From an uncultured Actinomycetota bacterium (GTDB taxonomy: Bacteria > Actinomycetota > Aquicultoria > SKW223 > CALKMS01): 64,000 bases of DNA. The translations under genes were made by a program, and so were the position numbers. A model generated the notes under the pieces. The model saw only the letters and a program-made list of their open reading frames with translations. It was not told the origin of the DNA and ran no database searches. The stretch spans positions 149 through 64,148 of the forward strand of contig CAYRQL010000008.1 of assembly GCA_964426525.1 (NCBI GenBank), read 5' to 3'. Below are positions 51,892-62,535 of the stretch, piece by piece (the first letter of the stretch is position 1; each line of letters begins with the position of its first letter).

Positions 51892-52403
51892 TGGAAAGGT
51901 GGGAAATGAATAAGTCTTTAGAAACGCAGGAACAGTTTGAGGAAGAAATAGTTTTCATAAATCGAGTAGCTAAAGTAACCAAAGGTGGCCGAAGATTTAA
52001 GATGGCTGCTCTGGTTATAGTTGGAGACAAAAAGGGACAAGTTGGTGTTGGGTATGGAAAGGGCAACGAGCTTCCTCTGGCAATTCAGAAAGGAGTACAA
52101 GCGGCGAAAAAGAATCTTTTCCAGGTGCCGCTAAGGGGGACTACAATTCCTCATGCTGTTTTAGGCGATTTCAAAGCCAGTAAAGTTTTAATTAAACCAG
52201 CAGCTCCAGGAACGGGAGTAATTGCTGGTGGTCCAATAAGAGCTCTTTTTGAGTTAGCTGGAATTAAAGATGTTCTTGCTAAATCCCTTGGCTCAGCAAA
52301 TGCTATAAATATGGTTAAGGCGGCCGAGAAGGGCCTGAAGAGCTTGCTTAATCCTGATGAAGTTAGGAATTTAAAGAAAAAGACTGGTAAGGAAGAAGAA
52401 TGA
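51891..52403 (+). CDS. rpsE: 30S ribosomal protein S5
   Basis: uS5 sequence. Alternative start is the ATG at 51906, which follows GGTGGG. Confidence 0.9.
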   Translation: MERWEMNKSLETQEQFEEEIVFINRVAKVTKGGRRFKMAALVIVGDKKGQVGVGYGKGNELPLAIQKGVQAAKKNLFQVPLRGTTIPHAVLGDFKASKVLIKPAAPGTGVIAGGPIRALFELAGIKDVLAKSLGSANAINMVKAAEKGLKSLLNPDEVRNLKKKTGKEEE

Positions 52404-52582
52404 AAATAAGAATAAAATTGGTTAAAAGCGCTATTGGTCGGATAGAGAGCCAGAAAAAAACTTTAAAGGCGCTTGGCTTGCGGAAACTGAATCAGGTAGT
52501 GGTCAAAGAAGACACTCCTTCCATTAGAGGTATGATTAATAAAGTATCTCACCTTATTGAAGTAGAGGAGGTATCGGATTGA
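52400..52582 (+). CDS. rpmD: 50S ribosomal protein L30
   Basis: 60 aa uL30. Confidence 0.9.
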   Translation: MKIRIKLVKSAIGRIESQKKTLKALGLRKLNQVVVKEDTPSIRGMINKVSHLIEVEEVSD

Positions 52583-53028
52583 GGCTTGATGCTTTAAAAC
52601 CAAATCCTGGTTCGACCAAGCGCAAGAAAAGGTTAGGCAGAGGCCTTGGTTCTGGTCACGGGGTAACAGCCGCTCGGGGGACCAAAGGCCAAAGAGCTCG
52701 TTCTGGTGGTTCTAAAGGACCTCATTTCGAAGGTGGCCAGAACCCGTTTTATCTTAGAGTACCGCGTTACCCTGGTTTTAAGAACCCTTTTAAGAAAGTT
52801 TACGCCGAAGTAAATCTGGATAAGTTAAATCTTTTTCCGGATAAATCGGTGGTTGACCGCGAAGCTCTAGTTGCTAAAAAATTGATTAAGAAAAATGAAA
52901 AACTGGTTAAGATCCTTGGTCGAGGAAGGTTAGAGAGAAAGCTGGTGGTAAAAGCCAATGCTTTTAGCAAAAAAGCAGTTGAGCAAATAACTAGTAAAGG
53001 CGGGAAAGTAGAGTTAATTAATGATTAA
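52579..53028 (+). CDS. rplO: 50S ribosomal protein L15
   Basis: 149 aa uL15. Confidence 0.95.
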   Translation: MRLDALKPNPGSTKRKKRLGRGLGSGHGVTAARGTKGQRARSGGSKGPHFEGGQNPFYLRVPRYPGFKNPFKKVYAEVNLDKLNLFPDKSVVDREALVAKKLIKKNEKLVKILGRGRLERKLVVKANAFSKKAVEQITSKGGKVELIND

Positions 53029-54256
53029 AGAACTAACTAATGCTTTTAGAGTTGAAGACTTAAGGAAAAAACTTATATTTACCTTAATGATTGTAGTTTT
53101 CTATCGACTTGGTTCTTTTATTCCCATTCCCGGTGTTCCTCGCGGTATCTTCGCTAAACTTTTCAAAGAAAGCGCTATCCTGGGTTTCTTAAATATTTTT
53201 ACTGGAGGCGCCTTAGAAAATCTGGCAATCTTTGCTTTGGGAATTATGCCTTACATTACTGCTTCAATTATTATGGAGCTTTTGACTGTAGTTATTCCTC
53301 AAGTTGAGCAGTGGGCAAAAGAAGGCGAGGAAGGTAGAAGAAAAATTGTTCAATGGTCAAGATACTTAACTTTGGCTTTAGCTTTGATTCAATCTTTCTT
53401 TATAATGAACTCATTGGGGCTTAAAGTTCCAGTAATCAACAAAGTGGTAATCGTTTTAACTCTGGTCTCTGGAATGGCTTTAATAATGTGGATGGCTGAG
53501 TTGATAACTCAGCGTGGTATTGGTAATGGAATGTCACTTTTGATTTTTGTTAGCATTATTTCGCGCTTCCCTCAAGCTATTGTGGAAACCATCCAGGTGG
53601 CGAGCCCTGTTTATATCGGGTTGGTAGTAGTGGTAGTTTGCTTGGCGATTGCTGGGATTATCTTTATTGAGCAAGGGCAAAGGCGGATTCCTGTTTCATA
53701 TGCCAAAAGAATTGTTGGCCGGCGGGTTTACGGTGGTGCTAGCACATACCTCCCAGTTAAAATTAACTCGGCTGGCGTAATACCAATAATTTTTGCTTCT
53801 TCAGTTCTTTTCTTTCCTGCGGCAATGGCGAAAGTGATGCCAAGTGGTTTTTTGCAGAACTTAGCAAATTCTTTAGAAAAAACCTCTTTTCTCTATCTTT
53901 TTCTTTATTTTATGCTGATAATTTTTTTTACTTTCTTTTATTCAGAAATCATTTTTAACCCTGTTCGCCTGGCTGAGGATTTACAAAAATGGGGTGGCTT
54001 TATTCCAGGCGTTCGGCCAGGAACGCCAACTACTGATTATATAAACCGCATTTTAAAAAGAGTGACCTTTCCTGGGGCTGTTTTCTTGGGGATAGTCGCT
54101 CTTTTCCCAACTATTCTGCTTTCCCAGACCAATATACCCTTTTTTAAGTTTTTCGGTGGCACTTCAATTTTAATAACAGTTGGGGTTGCTCTGGAAACTG
54201 TTAAACAAATAGAAGCCCAACTTTTAATGAGACATTACGAAGGACTTTTAAAGTAA
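53021..54256 (+). CDS. secY: preprotein translocase subunit SecY
   Basis: 411 aa, 10 TM helices, SecY signature. Confidence 0.95.
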   Translation: MIKELTNAFRVEDLRKKLIFTLMIVVFYRLGSFIPIPGVPRGIFAKLFKESAILGFLNIFTGGALENLAIFALGIMPYITASIIMELLTVVIPQVEQWAKEGEEGRRKIVQWSRYLTLALALIQSFFIMNSLGLKVPVINKVVIVLTLVSGMALIMWMAELITQRGIGNGMSLLIFVSIISRFPQAIVETIQVASPVYIGLVVVVVCLAIAGIIFIEQGQRRIPVSYAKRIVGRRVYGGASTYLPVKINSAGVIPIIFASSVLFFPAAMAKVMPSGFLQNLANSLEKTSFLYLFLYFMLIIFFTFFYSEIIFNPVRLAEDLQKWGGFIPGVRPGTPTTDYINRILKRVTFPGAVFLGIVALFPTILLSQTNIPFFKFFGGTSILITVGVALETVKQIEAQLLMRHYEGLLK

Positions 54257-54270
54257 AGGGGGAAAAGAAA

Positions 54271-54924
54271 GTGAGGCTTGTTTTTTTAGGCCCGCCTGGG
54301 GTAGGGAAAGGAACACAAGCCCGGCGGTTGTCTCAAGAGTATAACTGGCCACAAATTGCTACCGGTGATATTTTGCGGGAAGCTGTAGCACAAGAGACGC
54401 CTCTTGGCGTTAGAGCGAAGGAATATATGGATCGCGGCGATCTGGTACCAGATGAGATAGTGGTAGGAATTGTTAAAGAACGACTGGCTGAGCCAGATGC
54501 ACAGGAAGGATTTATTCTTGATGGGTTTCCTCGAACTGTCAATCAAGCTCAGGAGCTAGAAGCTGAACTTTCTTCTTTTGGTTCAGGCATTGATGCTGTT
54601 GTTTTTTTTAAGGTTAGCGAAAAAGAAATAATCCGACGACTGACAGGGCGACGAATTTGTAAAACTTGTGGTGCTTTATACCACATCATTTATAATCCTC
54701 CTGCTGTTGAAGGAAAATGCGACCAATGCGGGGGCGAGCTTTTTCAGAGGAGTGATGATTCTGAAGATACCGTCAGGCGGCGAATGGAAGTATATTTAGC
54801 TCAAACCGCCCCCTTGATTAGTTACTATCGTAGCCGAGGCATTTTATGGGAGGTTAATGGCGAACAAAATCCTGACCAGGTATATAGGCAGCTCAAAGAA
54901 GTGCTTGGCTTAAATAATGATTAG
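54271..54924 (+). CDS. adk: adenylate kinase with a Cys4 zinc-binding lid
   Basis: GPPGVGKGT P-loop. Lid with CKTC...CDQC. Confidence 0.95.
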   Translation: MRLVFLGPPGVGKGTQARRLSQEYNWPQIATGDILREAVAQETPLGVRAKEYMDRGDLVPDEIVVGIVKERLAEPDAQEGFILDGFPRTVNQAQELEAELSSFGSGIDAVVFFKVSEKEIIRRLTGRRICKTCGALYHIIYNPPAVEGKCDQCGGELFQRSDDSEDTVRRRMEVYLAQTAPLISYYRSRGILWEVNGEQNPDQVYRQLKEVLGLNND

Positions 54925-55663
54925 TTGTAAGTCACCGCAAGAGCTTCGCTTGATGGCTCAAGCAGGCAAGATTGCGGCAAAAACCTTGAAAATATTAGAA
55001 AGAAATATTCGGCCCGGGGTTCAAACCAGCTATCTCAACGAATTAGCCGAAAACTTCATTATTAACCAGAAGGCAAGGCCAGCTTTCAAAGGCTATCGTG
55101 GTTTTCCAGCTGGTTTATGCGTTTCCATAAATGATGAAGTAGTTCATGGCTTGCCGTCTGAAAAAAGAGTTTTGACTGAAGGAGATATAGTCAGTCTTGA
55201 CCTAGGAGTTGAGTACCAGGGTTTCTTTTCGGATGTTGCAGCTACTTTCCCAGTAGGTAAAATTTCAGCATTGGCTCAGAAATTGATAAAAGTTACTCAG
55301 GAAGCATTGCAGGCGGGGATTGCTCAGTGCCAACCAGGAAACTATCTATTTGATATTTCAGCATCAATCCAGATGATGGTGGAAAGTAATGGGTTTTCGG
55401 TGGTAAGGCAGCTTGTTGGGCATGGTATTGGGCGGCAACTTCACGAAGACCCTCAAGTACCCAATTATGGTGAGGCAGGTAAAGGCCTTCAATTAGAAGA
55501 GGGAATGACTTTTGCTATTGAGCCTATGGTGAACGCTGGCGGTTACCAGGTAGAAGTTTTGTCTGATGGCTGGACAGTAGTAACAGCTGATGGTAGTTTG
55601 TCGGCTCATTTTGAGCATACCGTGGCGATTACTAAAAATGGGCCGTTAATTTTAACAAAATAG
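54917..55663 (+). CDS. map: methionine aminopeptidase type I
   Basis: 248 aa, pita-bread fold metal ligands (D, D, H, E, E). Confidence 0.9.
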   Translation: MISCKSPQELRLMAQAGKIAAKTLKILERNIRPGVQTSYLNELAENFIINQKARPAFKGYRGFPAGLCVSINDEVVHGLPSEKRVLTEGDIVSLDLGVEYQGFFSDVAATFPVGKISALAQKLIKVTQEALQAGIAQCQPGNYLFDISASIQMMVESNGFSVVRQLVGHGIGRQLHEDPQVPNYGEAGKGLQLEEGMTFAIEPMVNAGGYQVEVLSDGWTVVTADGSLSAHFEHTVAITKNGPLILTK

Positions 55664-55712
55664 TTCTTTACTAAGAATATTTTTTTTGTTAAAATGACTT
55701 TTTGTTTTATCG

Positions 55713-55934
55713 GTGATGACTAAGGAAGAGAAGATAGAAGTGGAAGGAACAGTTTTGGAAGCTTTGCCTAATGCTCAGTTTAAAGTGGAGCTTCCTAATG
55801 GGCATATAGTTTTGGCTCATATTTCGGGAAAGATGAGGATTAATTATATAAGAATTTTGCCTGGTGATAAAGTAACTGTTGAACTCTCGCCCTATGATTT
55901 AAATCGGGGGCGCATTACTTATCGAAAGAAGTAG
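55713..55934 (+). CDS. infA: translation initiation factor IF-1
   Basis: 73 aa, S1-like OB fold. Confidence 0.9.
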   Translation: MMTKEEKIEVEGTVLEALPNAQFKVELPNGHIVLAHISGKMRINYIRILPGDKVTVELSPYDLNRGRITYRKK

Positions 55935-56060
55935 GTGGTTGAAATTAAAGTAAGACCGTCAGTAAAACCAATTTGTGCTAAATGTAAGATTATTAAGAGA
56001 AAGGGCAAAGTGATGGTTATTTGCTCCAATGTTAGACACAAGCAACGTCAAGGGAAGTAG
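55935..56060 (+). CDS. rpmJ: 50S ribosomal protein L36 (zinc-ribbon C+ form)
   Basis: About 38-41 aa (..[37 protein letters not shown]). Start is GTG 55935 or ATT 55944. Not in the ORF track because it is under 60 aa. Confidence 0.8.
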   Translation: MVEIKVRPSVKPICAKCKIIKRKGKVMVICSNVRHKQRQGK

Positions 56061-56068
56061 GTGGATTA

Positions 56069-56443
56069 ATGGCGCGAATTGCTGGAGTTGATTTACCAAA
56101 AAATAAAAGGGTAGAGGTAGCGTTAACTTACATTTACGGAATTGGGCGAAGCCGTTCTCACTTAATTTTGGAGCAAGCTGGAGTGGATAAAGACAAAAGA
56201 GTTAAGGATTTAAACGAAGAAGAAGTTGCTCGAATAAGGTCATACATTGATGAAAACTTTAAAGTTGAGGGCGAACTAAAGCAAGAAGTTACTCAAAATA
56301 TAAAGCGCTTAATTGAGATTAGTTGCTATCGAGGAATAAGACATGTTCGAGGTTTGCCGGTGAGGGGGCAGAGAACTCGAACCAATGCTCGCACCCGAAA
56401 AGGTCCCCGGAGGGCAATCGGGGCGAAGAAAGGCAAAAAGTAG
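56069..56443 (+). CDS. rpsM: 30S ribosomal protein S13
   Basis: 124 aa uS13. Confidence 0.95.
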   Translation: MARIAGVDLPKNKRVEVALTYIYGIGRSRSHLILEQAGVDKDKRVKDLNEEEVARIRSYIDENFKVEGELKQEVTQNIKRLIEISCYRGIRHVRGLPVRGQRTRTNARTRKGPRRAIGAKKGKK

Positions 56444-56455
56444 GAGGTAGTGTAA

Positions 56456-56851
56456 TTGGCTAAAAAAGGTGGGCGTCGAGTTGGTAGAAAAAAAGAAAAG
56501 CGCCGGGTTGAGCAAGGTATAGTTAATATTAAGTCAACTTTTAACAACACAATAGTTAGTATTTCTGATAAAGATGGAAATGTTTTAGTCTGGGAGAGTG
56601 CGGGAACCGTTGGATTTTCCGGAACCAAAAAGGGTACACCTTTTGCTGCTCAATTAGCAGCTGAAGCTGTGGGTAAGAAAGCCCTAGATTTAGGGATGAA
56701 GAAGCTTGATGTTAGGGTTAAAGGCGCTGGTTCGGGCCGGGAAACTGCCATCAGAACTTTACAGGCTCTTGGTTTTGATATCGTTAGTATTGTTGATGTT
56801 ACTCCTGTGCCTCACAATGGTTGTCGTCCTCCCTCGAAGAGGAGAGTGTAG
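56456..56851 (+). CDS. rpsK: 30S ribosomal protein S11
   Basis: 131 aa uS11. Confidence 0.95.
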   Translation: MAKKGGRRVGRKKEKRRVEQGIVNIKSTFNNTIVSISDKDGNVLVWESAGTVGFSGTKKGTPFAAQLAAEAVGKKALDLGMKKLDVRVKGAGSGRETAIRTLQALGFDIVSIVDVTPVPHNGCRPPSKRRV

Positions 56852-56855
56852 TTAA

Positions 56856-57482
56856 ATGGCAAGGTACACGGCTTCCGTTTGTCGGCTTTGTCGCCGCGAG
56901 GAAACAAAACTTTTTTTAAAAGCTGAAAAATGCTTCACTGATAAATGTGCGCTTGACAAGAGACCTTATCCTCCAGGGGAGCACGGGCGACGGCGACGAA
57001 AAGAAAAAGGTTACGCTTTACAATTAAGAGAGAAACAAAAAGCTCGCCGAATCTATGGAGTTCAAGAAGCTCAGTTTGCCAGATACTATGAAATAGCGGC
57101 TAAAAAGAAAGGGAAAACTGGAGAAATCCTGCTTCAATTTTTAGAAAGAAGACTTGACAATGTGGTTTTTCGATTGGGATTTGCTCTTTCCCGCCGGGAA
57201 GCGCGGCAGCTTGTAAGCCACGGCCAAATTGCTGTTAATGGTAAAAAGGTTAACGTGCCTTCTTATCTGGTAAAACCCGGCGAGATCATCGGCCTTACTT
57301 CGAAAGGTAAATCAGTGGATAAAATAAAATCTAATCTTTCCTCTCCTTTTCGTGGTTCGATTCCCGCTTGGCTTTCTTTTGATGAGAAAAAAATGGAAGG
57401 AAAAGTGCTGAGTCTTCCCACTCGTGAACAAATTGACCTTTCTGTTCAAGAACATTTGATTGTCGAGCTATATTCAAAATAA
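56856..57482 (+). CDS. rpsD: 30S ribosomal protein S4 (N-terminal Cys4 zinc-binding form)
   Basis: 208 aa uS4 with CRLC...C..KC. Confidence 0.95.
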   Translation: MARYTASVCRLCRREETKLFLKAEKCFTDKCALDKRPYPPGEHGRRRRKEKGYALQLREKQKARRIYGVQEAQFARYYEIAAKKKGKTGEILLQFLERRLDNVVFRLGFALSRREARQLVSHGQIAVNGKKVNVPSYLVKPGEIIGLTSKGKSVDKIKSNLSSPFRGSIPAWLSFDEKKMEGKVLSLPTREQIDLSVQEHLIVELYSK

Positions 57483-57517
57483 CGGATTTTAAATTTAGAA
57501 ATGGAGGTTTTTAGATT

Positions 57518-58438
57518 ATGTTTGAAGCTTTGAAACCCAAAATTCGCTGGGAAGAAATTTCAGATAATTACGCTCGAGTAATGGTTGAACCTTTAGAAAG
57601 AGGTTTTGGTTATACACTGGGAAATTCATTAAGAAGAGTTTTGCTTTCTTCTTTAACTGGGGTGGCTATAACCTCGGTAAAAATCGAGGGAGTTTCTCAC
57701 GAGTTTTCTAACCTCCCCGGGGTTAAAGAAGATGTTATTCATATTCTTTTAAACTTAAAGGAAGTGGTTATTAAGTCGGATTTGGAAGAAGCAGTCTTAA
57801 GGTTAAAAGCTAAGGGACCGGCCAAGATTAAAGCTGGAGATTTTGAGGTTCCAGCTGGAGTAGAAATAGTTAACCCTGATACGCCAATCGCTACTTTAAA
57901 TGAAAAAGCTAGCCTTGAAATGATGGCAAAAGTTTCTCGAGGCCGCGGCTACGTAACGGCTGAAAAAAATCGAGATCCGGATTCTCCTATTGGAGAAATT
58001 CCTCTTGATTCAAACTTTTCTCCGGTCAAAAGGGTAAGCTATAAAGTTGAAGAAACAAGAGTTGGGCAGCAGACTGATTATGATCGTCTGACCTTAGAAA
58101 TTGAAACTAACGGCGCAATTAAGCCAGTTGAAGCAGCTAATCACGCTGCCCAGATTTTAAAAGGTCATCTCGACCTTTTTATTCGTGCCAGCGAAGAGAT
58201 ACCAGTTATGTTTAGAGATGTTAAGGTCCAATCGGAATCTATTTACAGCACTCCTCTTGAACAGCTTGAGCTTTCAGCTCGTTCTTATAACTGTTTGAAG
58301 AAAGAAGGAGTTGACACTGTCGAGCAATTACTTGAGCTGAGTGAGGATGAGCTTTCCCGAATTAGAAATATGGGTCAGAAATCGGTTCAGGAAGTTAAAG
58401 AAAAATTATCCAAGCTAGGTTTAACCTTAAAGAGCTAG
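57518..58438 (+). CDS. rpoA: DNA-directed RNA polymerase subunit alpha
   Basis: 306 aa, N-terminal domain plus C-terminal domain. Confidence 0.95.
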   Translation: MFEALKPKIRWEEISDNYARVMVEPLERGFGYTLGNSLRRVLLSSLTGVAITSVKIEGVSHEFSNLPGVKEDVIHILLNLKEVVIKSDLEEAVLRLKAKGPAKIKAGDFEVPAGVEIVNPDTPIATLNEKASLEMMAKVSRGRGYVTAEKNRDPDSPIGEIPLDSNFSPVKRVSYKVEETRVGQQTDYDRLTLEIETNGAIKPVEAANHAAQILKGHLDLFIRASEEIPVMFRDVKVQSESIYSTPLEQLELSARSYNCLKKEGVDTVEQLLELSEDELSRIRNMGQKSVQEVKEKLSKLGLTLKS

Positions 58439-58448
58439 GGAGGTAAAG

Positions 58449-58799
58449 TTGCGCCACCAGAAGAGAGGCAGAAAACTCAAAAGAGAAGCTTCGCATCGAG
58501 AAGCCTTATTGAGAAATTTAACTCGTCAGTTTTTTGAACATCAAAAAATTATGACTACTGAAGCAAAAGCTAAAGAAGTGAGGTCGATGGTGGAAAAAGT
58601 TATTACTTTAGCTCGTAAAAAAGACCTTGCTTCACGGCGCCAGGCGTTAGCTATTTTGGGCAACAAAGAATTGGTTCATCGAGTTTTTGAAGAGATGCCA
58701 ACCCGTTACGAAAATAAAAACAGTGGCTTCACCCGAATCGTTAAGGTTGGCAATCGCCAGGGAGACAATGCTTCTCTGGTTTATCTCGAATTAACTTAA
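58449..58799 (+). CDS. rplQ: 50S ribosomal protein L17
   Basis: 116 aa bL17. Confidence 0.95.
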   Translation: MRHQKRGRKLKREASHREALLRNLTRQFFEHQKIMTTEAKAKEVRSMVEKVITLARKKDLASRRQALAILGNKELVHRVFEEMPTRYENKNSGFTRIVKVGNRQGDNASLVYLELT

Positions 58800-58807
58800 G
58801 TTTTCTT

Positions 58808-59605
58808 ATGCTCCTTTTAAAGGAGATATCTTTTTCTTATTCTGAAGCTGATTCCCAGTCGCCTCTATTTAATAAACTAAATTTAGAGGTCAAAAAAGGT
58901 TCTTTCTTTGTTCTTATGGGGCCTTTGGGTTCGGGAAAATCTACTCTTGTTCGCTTGTTGTTGGGTTTGGTGAAGTTTGAGCAAGGAGAGTACTGGTTTA
59001 ACGGGGAAACATTCACCGAAGAGCACCGCAAACTGATTTCAGTTGTCTTTGAAAATGTTGACGACCATTTTATTGGCTTATCAATTGAAGAGGACCTTTC
59101 TTTTTCTCCTCGCTTTCTTGGTTTTTCTCAGAAGGAAACCCGGGAGGTTATCAAACAAGCACTGGAACTGGTTGGCCTGAATAAATCACCTTCAACTTTG
59201 ATTGAATCCCTTTCGGCGGGAGAGAAACAAAGATTGGCTTTAGCTGGAGCTTTAACTAAAAAACCGTTGCTTTTGATCTCTGATGAGTCAACTGCTTATC
59301 TTGATCCTCAGCTCAGGCTAAGAATTAACTATCTTTTCTTAGAACTCAAAAAACAGGGAGTTACTCTTTTTCACACAACCCACCTTCTGGAGGAAGCTCT
59401 TTTGTCTGACCAGTTAGGTGTTTTAAGAGAAGGAAAGATTGAGGTTTTTAAGCCGGTTGAGATTTTAAAAAACCTTGAATATTTTAGCAAAATTGGTCTT
59501 TCCGTTCCGGACTGGTTGTTTCGAGCTCGAGACTGGCTTGGTAATAAACCATCTTCTTTATTGACGCGTCAACATTTTCTGGAGCTACTATGCTCTACCA
59601 GTTAG
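58808..59605 (+). CDS. ecfA1: ECF transporter ATPase component EcfA1
   Basis: ABC ATPase (GPLGSGKST Walker A, LSAGEKQR signature). Confidence 0.85.
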   Translation: MLLLKEISFSYSEADSQSPLFNKLNLEVKKGSFFVLMGPLGSGKSTLVRLLLGLVKFEQGEYWFNGETFTEEHRKLISVVFENVDDHFIGLSIEEDLSFSPRFLGFSQKETREVIKQALELVGLNKSPSTLIESLSAGEKQRLALAGALTKKPLLLISDESTAYLDPQLRLRINYLFLELKKQGVTLFHTTHLLEEALLSDQLGVLREGKIEVFKPVEILKNLEYFSKIGLSVPDWLFRARDWLGNKPSSLLTRQHFLELLCSTS

Positions 59606-60342
59606 AAAAAGTTAGCTTTTCTTACCCTTCTGGGAACTTTATTTTAAAGGAAGCAAGCTTAGGGATTGCAAAAGGGCAAAAAGTGGCGGTTATTGGACCA
59701 TCAGGTTCGGGGAAAACTACTTTTTTGCAAATCTTAGCTGGACTTCTAGAACCAACCAGTGGAAAAATATTTTTTCGCTCCCAGCCGGGGTTAAATTTGC
59801 GGCGGCCGGGCGAAGTGGTTATGGCTTTTCAATTTCCTGAAAACAGCTTTATCGCTACTACGGTTGAGGAAGAAGTTTTTTTAACTTTGCGGGAAGCTGG
59901 CCTAAGTTTTGAACGGGGGAAGAAAAAACTTGGTGAGTTAGCTAAGGTATTATCTTTTGATATAAATAAATTTTCTAAAAGATCACCCTTTTCTTTAAGT
60001 AAGGGGGAAAAGCGCATGCTTGCGCTGATCTCTTTGTTTGTTCTTGAACCAGAAGTTATTGTTTTGGATGAACCGGAGACGGGGCTTGATGGAAAATCTA
60101 TTGCCAATTTTTATCAGTTTCTAAAGGGTTTGTCGAAAGAGACTTTAATTTTAGCTACTCACCACATTGAGGAAGTTTTTGATTTGACAGATGTTTTTAT
60201 CTACATTTTTGAAGGAAAAATTGTTTTCTGGGGGAATAAGAATGAGTTAGCCCAAGCTTCAGTTGGGTTGAGGAAAAAGATACCTTTGGAGTTTCTGCCT
60301 TTTGAACTGGCTTTAAAGTGGGAGAGGAATAATAAATGTTAA
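59590..60342 (+). CDS. ecfA2: ECF transporter ATPase component EcfA2
   Basis: ABC ATPase (GPSGSGKTT, LSKGEKRM). Confidence 0.85.
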   Translation: MLYQLEKVSFSYPSGNFILKEASLGIAKGQKVAVIGPSGSGKTTFLQILAGLLEPTSGKIFFRSQPGLNLRRPGEVVMAFQFPENSFIATTVEEEVFLTLREAGLSFERGKKKLGELAKVLSFDINKFSKRSPFSLSKGEKRMLALISLFVLEPEVIVLDEPETGLDGKSIANFYQFLKGLSKETLILATHHIEEVFDLTDVFIYIFEGKIVFWGNKNELAQASVGLRKKIPLEFLPFELALKWERNNKC

Positions 60343-61094
60343 AAGAATTGTTGAACCAGATTGATCCACGGGTAAAAATTTTCAACTTGTTTTTCCTAAC
60401 TTTGATCACTATGATTTTACCTTTAAATCTGGCGCTTTTTTTAAGCTCTTTTTTCCTTTTCGTTTACCTTGTCTCAGGTTTGCCAGCCGAGAGTTTGTTA
60501 AAAAATCTTAAAGGTTTAAGCGTTTTTCTTGTAATGGCTTTTTTAGCTCAAATTTTTTTTACTGCTGAACCGCCTTTTGTTTCTTTTGTTTTTTTAAAAG
60601 TTAGCTATTTGGGGTTGCAGGCAAGCTTGCTTACTCTGGCTCGCCTGGTTTCGCTGGTTTGTTTAGCAACTTTCTTAACTGAAACTACTCAACCAGCTCA
60701 ATTAGCTTGGGGATTTGAAGGCCTTTTTGCTCCTTTAAAAAGATTTCGGTTTCCTGTTGCTGAAATTGCTTTAAGCATCAGTCTAGCCTGGCGCTATGTT
60801 TCTCTCTTGAAAAATGAAGCCGAAAGAGTTAGGAAAGTTCATCAAGCTCGAGGATTAAACTTGAGCAAGGGAATTATTGCTCGCTTTAAACAAGCTATTT
60901 GGATTGCTATTCCTCTTTTAATGAATTCTTTTGAAAAAGCTGAAAGGCTGGCTGAGGTTATGGAAGTTAGGGGTTTTGGAATTTCTCCTTTCCTGGAGAA
61001 TCGCACAAGATTAAAAGCAGCAGATTACGCTTTTTTATTTGCTACTTTAGCATTCTTTATTGGGCTGATGTTTATAAGGAGCTACCTTGGTTAG
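60336..61094 (+). CDS. ecfT: ECF transporter transmembrane component EcfT (CbiQ family)
   Basis: 252 aa, multi-TM. Conserved position after ecfA1-ecfA2. Confidence 0.85.
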   Translation: MLKELLNQIDPRVKIFNLFFLTLITMILPLNLALFLSSFFLFVYLVSGLPAESLLKNLKGLSVFLVMAFLAQIFFTAEPPFVSFVFLKVSYLGLQASLLTLARLVSLVCLATFLTETTQPAQLAWGFEGLFAPLKRFRFPVAEIALSISLAWRYVSLLKNEAERVRKVHQARGLNLSKGIIARFKQAIWIAIPLLMNSFEKAERLAEVMEVRGFGISPFLENRTRLKAADYAFLFATLAFFIGLMFIRSYLG

Positions 61095-61884
61095 CTATTA
61101 TCGCTTGATTGTTCAGTACAACGGAACTAATTATCATGGTTTTCAGAGACAGAAGCACTGTCATACTATTCAGGAAGAGTTAGAGAAAGCTCTTTCAATT
61201 ATTTTAAAAGAAGAGATAAGGATTAAAGCGGCCTCGCGAACCGATGCTGGCGTTCACGCTCTTGGACAAGTAGTCACTTTTAGTTGTTCTCTGATGGAGC
61301 TAGAGAAGGAGTTTCTTTATCATCTAAACGCTGTTTTACCAAAAGATATTAGAGTGGTAAAGATTGGCAAAACTTACCAATCTTTTCATCCTCGCCGAGA
61401 TGCAGTTATGAGACACTATTCTTATTTAATTAACAACTCTCCATATTTATCTCCTTTTTTGGAGCACCTTACTTATCATTGCCCTCTGCCTTTAGATTTG
61501 GAAAAAATGGATGCAGCTGCTCAACTTTTTTTAGGAAAACATGATTTTAAACTTTTCACTACGAGCGAAGAAAGACGTTCAACTGTTCGTTCTTTTGATA
61601 AAATTAAAATCGTGAAAGATGGGGCTTTGGTAGAAATAAAATTTTCTGGCCTTTCTTTTTTGCACAATATGTTGCGAATGGTGGGAGCGACTTTGGTTCA
61701 AGTTGGGCTGGGTAAAACTACCCAGCAAGAAATAGCTTTATATTTAAACTTGAAAGAGAAACCATCTTTTGCTCCACTGCCACCCAAAGGACTGTTCTTG
61801 GTTAAAATCTCTTATCCAGATGGGTTTACCGATAGCGTTTTTCAAGAGAAGGGCATTCCATTTCCCAGCGCCCTTCTTTCATAA
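61087..61884 (+). CDS. truA: tRNA pseudouridine(38-40) synthase TruA
   Basis: 265 aa with RTDAGVHA catalytic Asp motif. Confidence 0.9.
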   Translation: MVSYYRLIVQYNGTNYHGFQRQKHCHTIQEELEKALSIILKEEIRIKAASRTDAGVHALGQVVTFSCSLMELEKEFLYHLNAVLPKDIRVVKIGKTYQSFHPRRDAVMRHYSYLINNSPYLSPFLEHLTYHCPLPLDLEKMDAAAQLFLGKHDFKLFTTSEERRSTVRSFDKIKIVKDGALVEIKFSGLSFLHNMLRMVGATLVQVGLGKTTQQEIALYLNLKEKPSFAPLPPKGLFLVKISYPDGFTDSVFQEKGIPFPSALLS

Positions 61885-62266
61885 CTTCTTTGGGGGCAAG
61901 ACTTAAGCTACAAGCAAAACTAAAATGGACGCACTCAAGGCAGCCAGACCATTTAAGTTCCCACTCTTTTTCATCGATTTGCTTAAGGAAACTCTGAAAA
62001 TAATCGGGGAAGTTTTGCTGGAAGAGTTTGCGGGCCCTGATCATTTCAGAAAAGCTTTTAGCTCCACAGAGCTCAGAGAGAAGGCAAAAGCGAGTGAGGA
62101 GTTGTCTTAAGATTTCGGGATCATCTTTTGAAGGAAGCATTGCTTCGATTTCTTTTTCCAAAATAGAAATTTCTTCGTCAAGATTTTTGGCTTCGCGTAC
62201 TATTTTACGGTGAAGCTGAAGCATCTTGGAAATGGCTTCTTCAACTTCCCTCTCTCTTTCTTTCAA
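61826..62266 (-). CDS. hypothetical protein with N-terminal coiled coil
   Basis: 146 aa, TTG start with its own promoter. The 3' end overlaps the truA 3' end by 59 nt in a convergent arrangement. Confidence 0.45.
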   Translation of the reverse strand: MKEREREVEEAISKMLQLHRKIVREAKNLDEEISILEKEIEAMLPSKDDPEILRQLLTRFCLLSELCGAKSFSEMIRARKLFQQNFPDYFQSFLKQIDEKEWELKWSGCLECVHFSFACSLSLAPKEVMKEGRWEMECPSLEKRYR

Positions 62267-62287
62267 CTTTTACTCTACCCCTTTTTA

Positions 62288-62317
62288 ATTATACTCATCT
62301 TGAATTGGCATTTTCAA
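62288..62317 (-). promoter_or_regulatory. minus-strand promoter TTGAAA-18-TATAAT for the gene 62266-61826
   Basis: Read on the minus strand. The -35 is at 62317-62312 and the -10 at 62293-62288. Directly abuts the repeat locus. Confidence 0.45.
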
Positions 62318-62367
62318 TTTTTTTGAGTGTTTTTTCTCTTATTAAGACGGGAGACTGTCGCTTTTTT

Positions 62368-62444
62368 TGTCATTGCGAGCACAGTGAAGTAATTTCTCTA
62401 ACATTGGGATTGCTTCACCCCGCTAGAGGCGTAGTTCGCAATGA
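62368..62444. repeat. palindromic MITE-like element with TIRs GTCATTGCGAGC / GTTCGCAATGAC and a nested inner hairpin GTGAAGTAAT...GATTGCTTCAC
   Basis: 11 of 12 positions match as a terminal inverted repeat. Same family as 6699-6779. Confidence 0.65.
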
Positions 62445-62456
62445 CGAGGAAGGAAA

Positions 62457-62471
62457 TGTCATTACGAGTAG
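62457..62471. repeat. solo terminus GTCATTACGAGTAGC of the same repeat family
   Basis: Matches the consensus left terminus. Confidence 0.4.
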
Positions 62472-62535
62472 CAAAACCTTATCAACAAAACATGTGGAAA
62501 CCTTTAGTTTTTCGAAATCCAGCTCTTCCCTTTCG

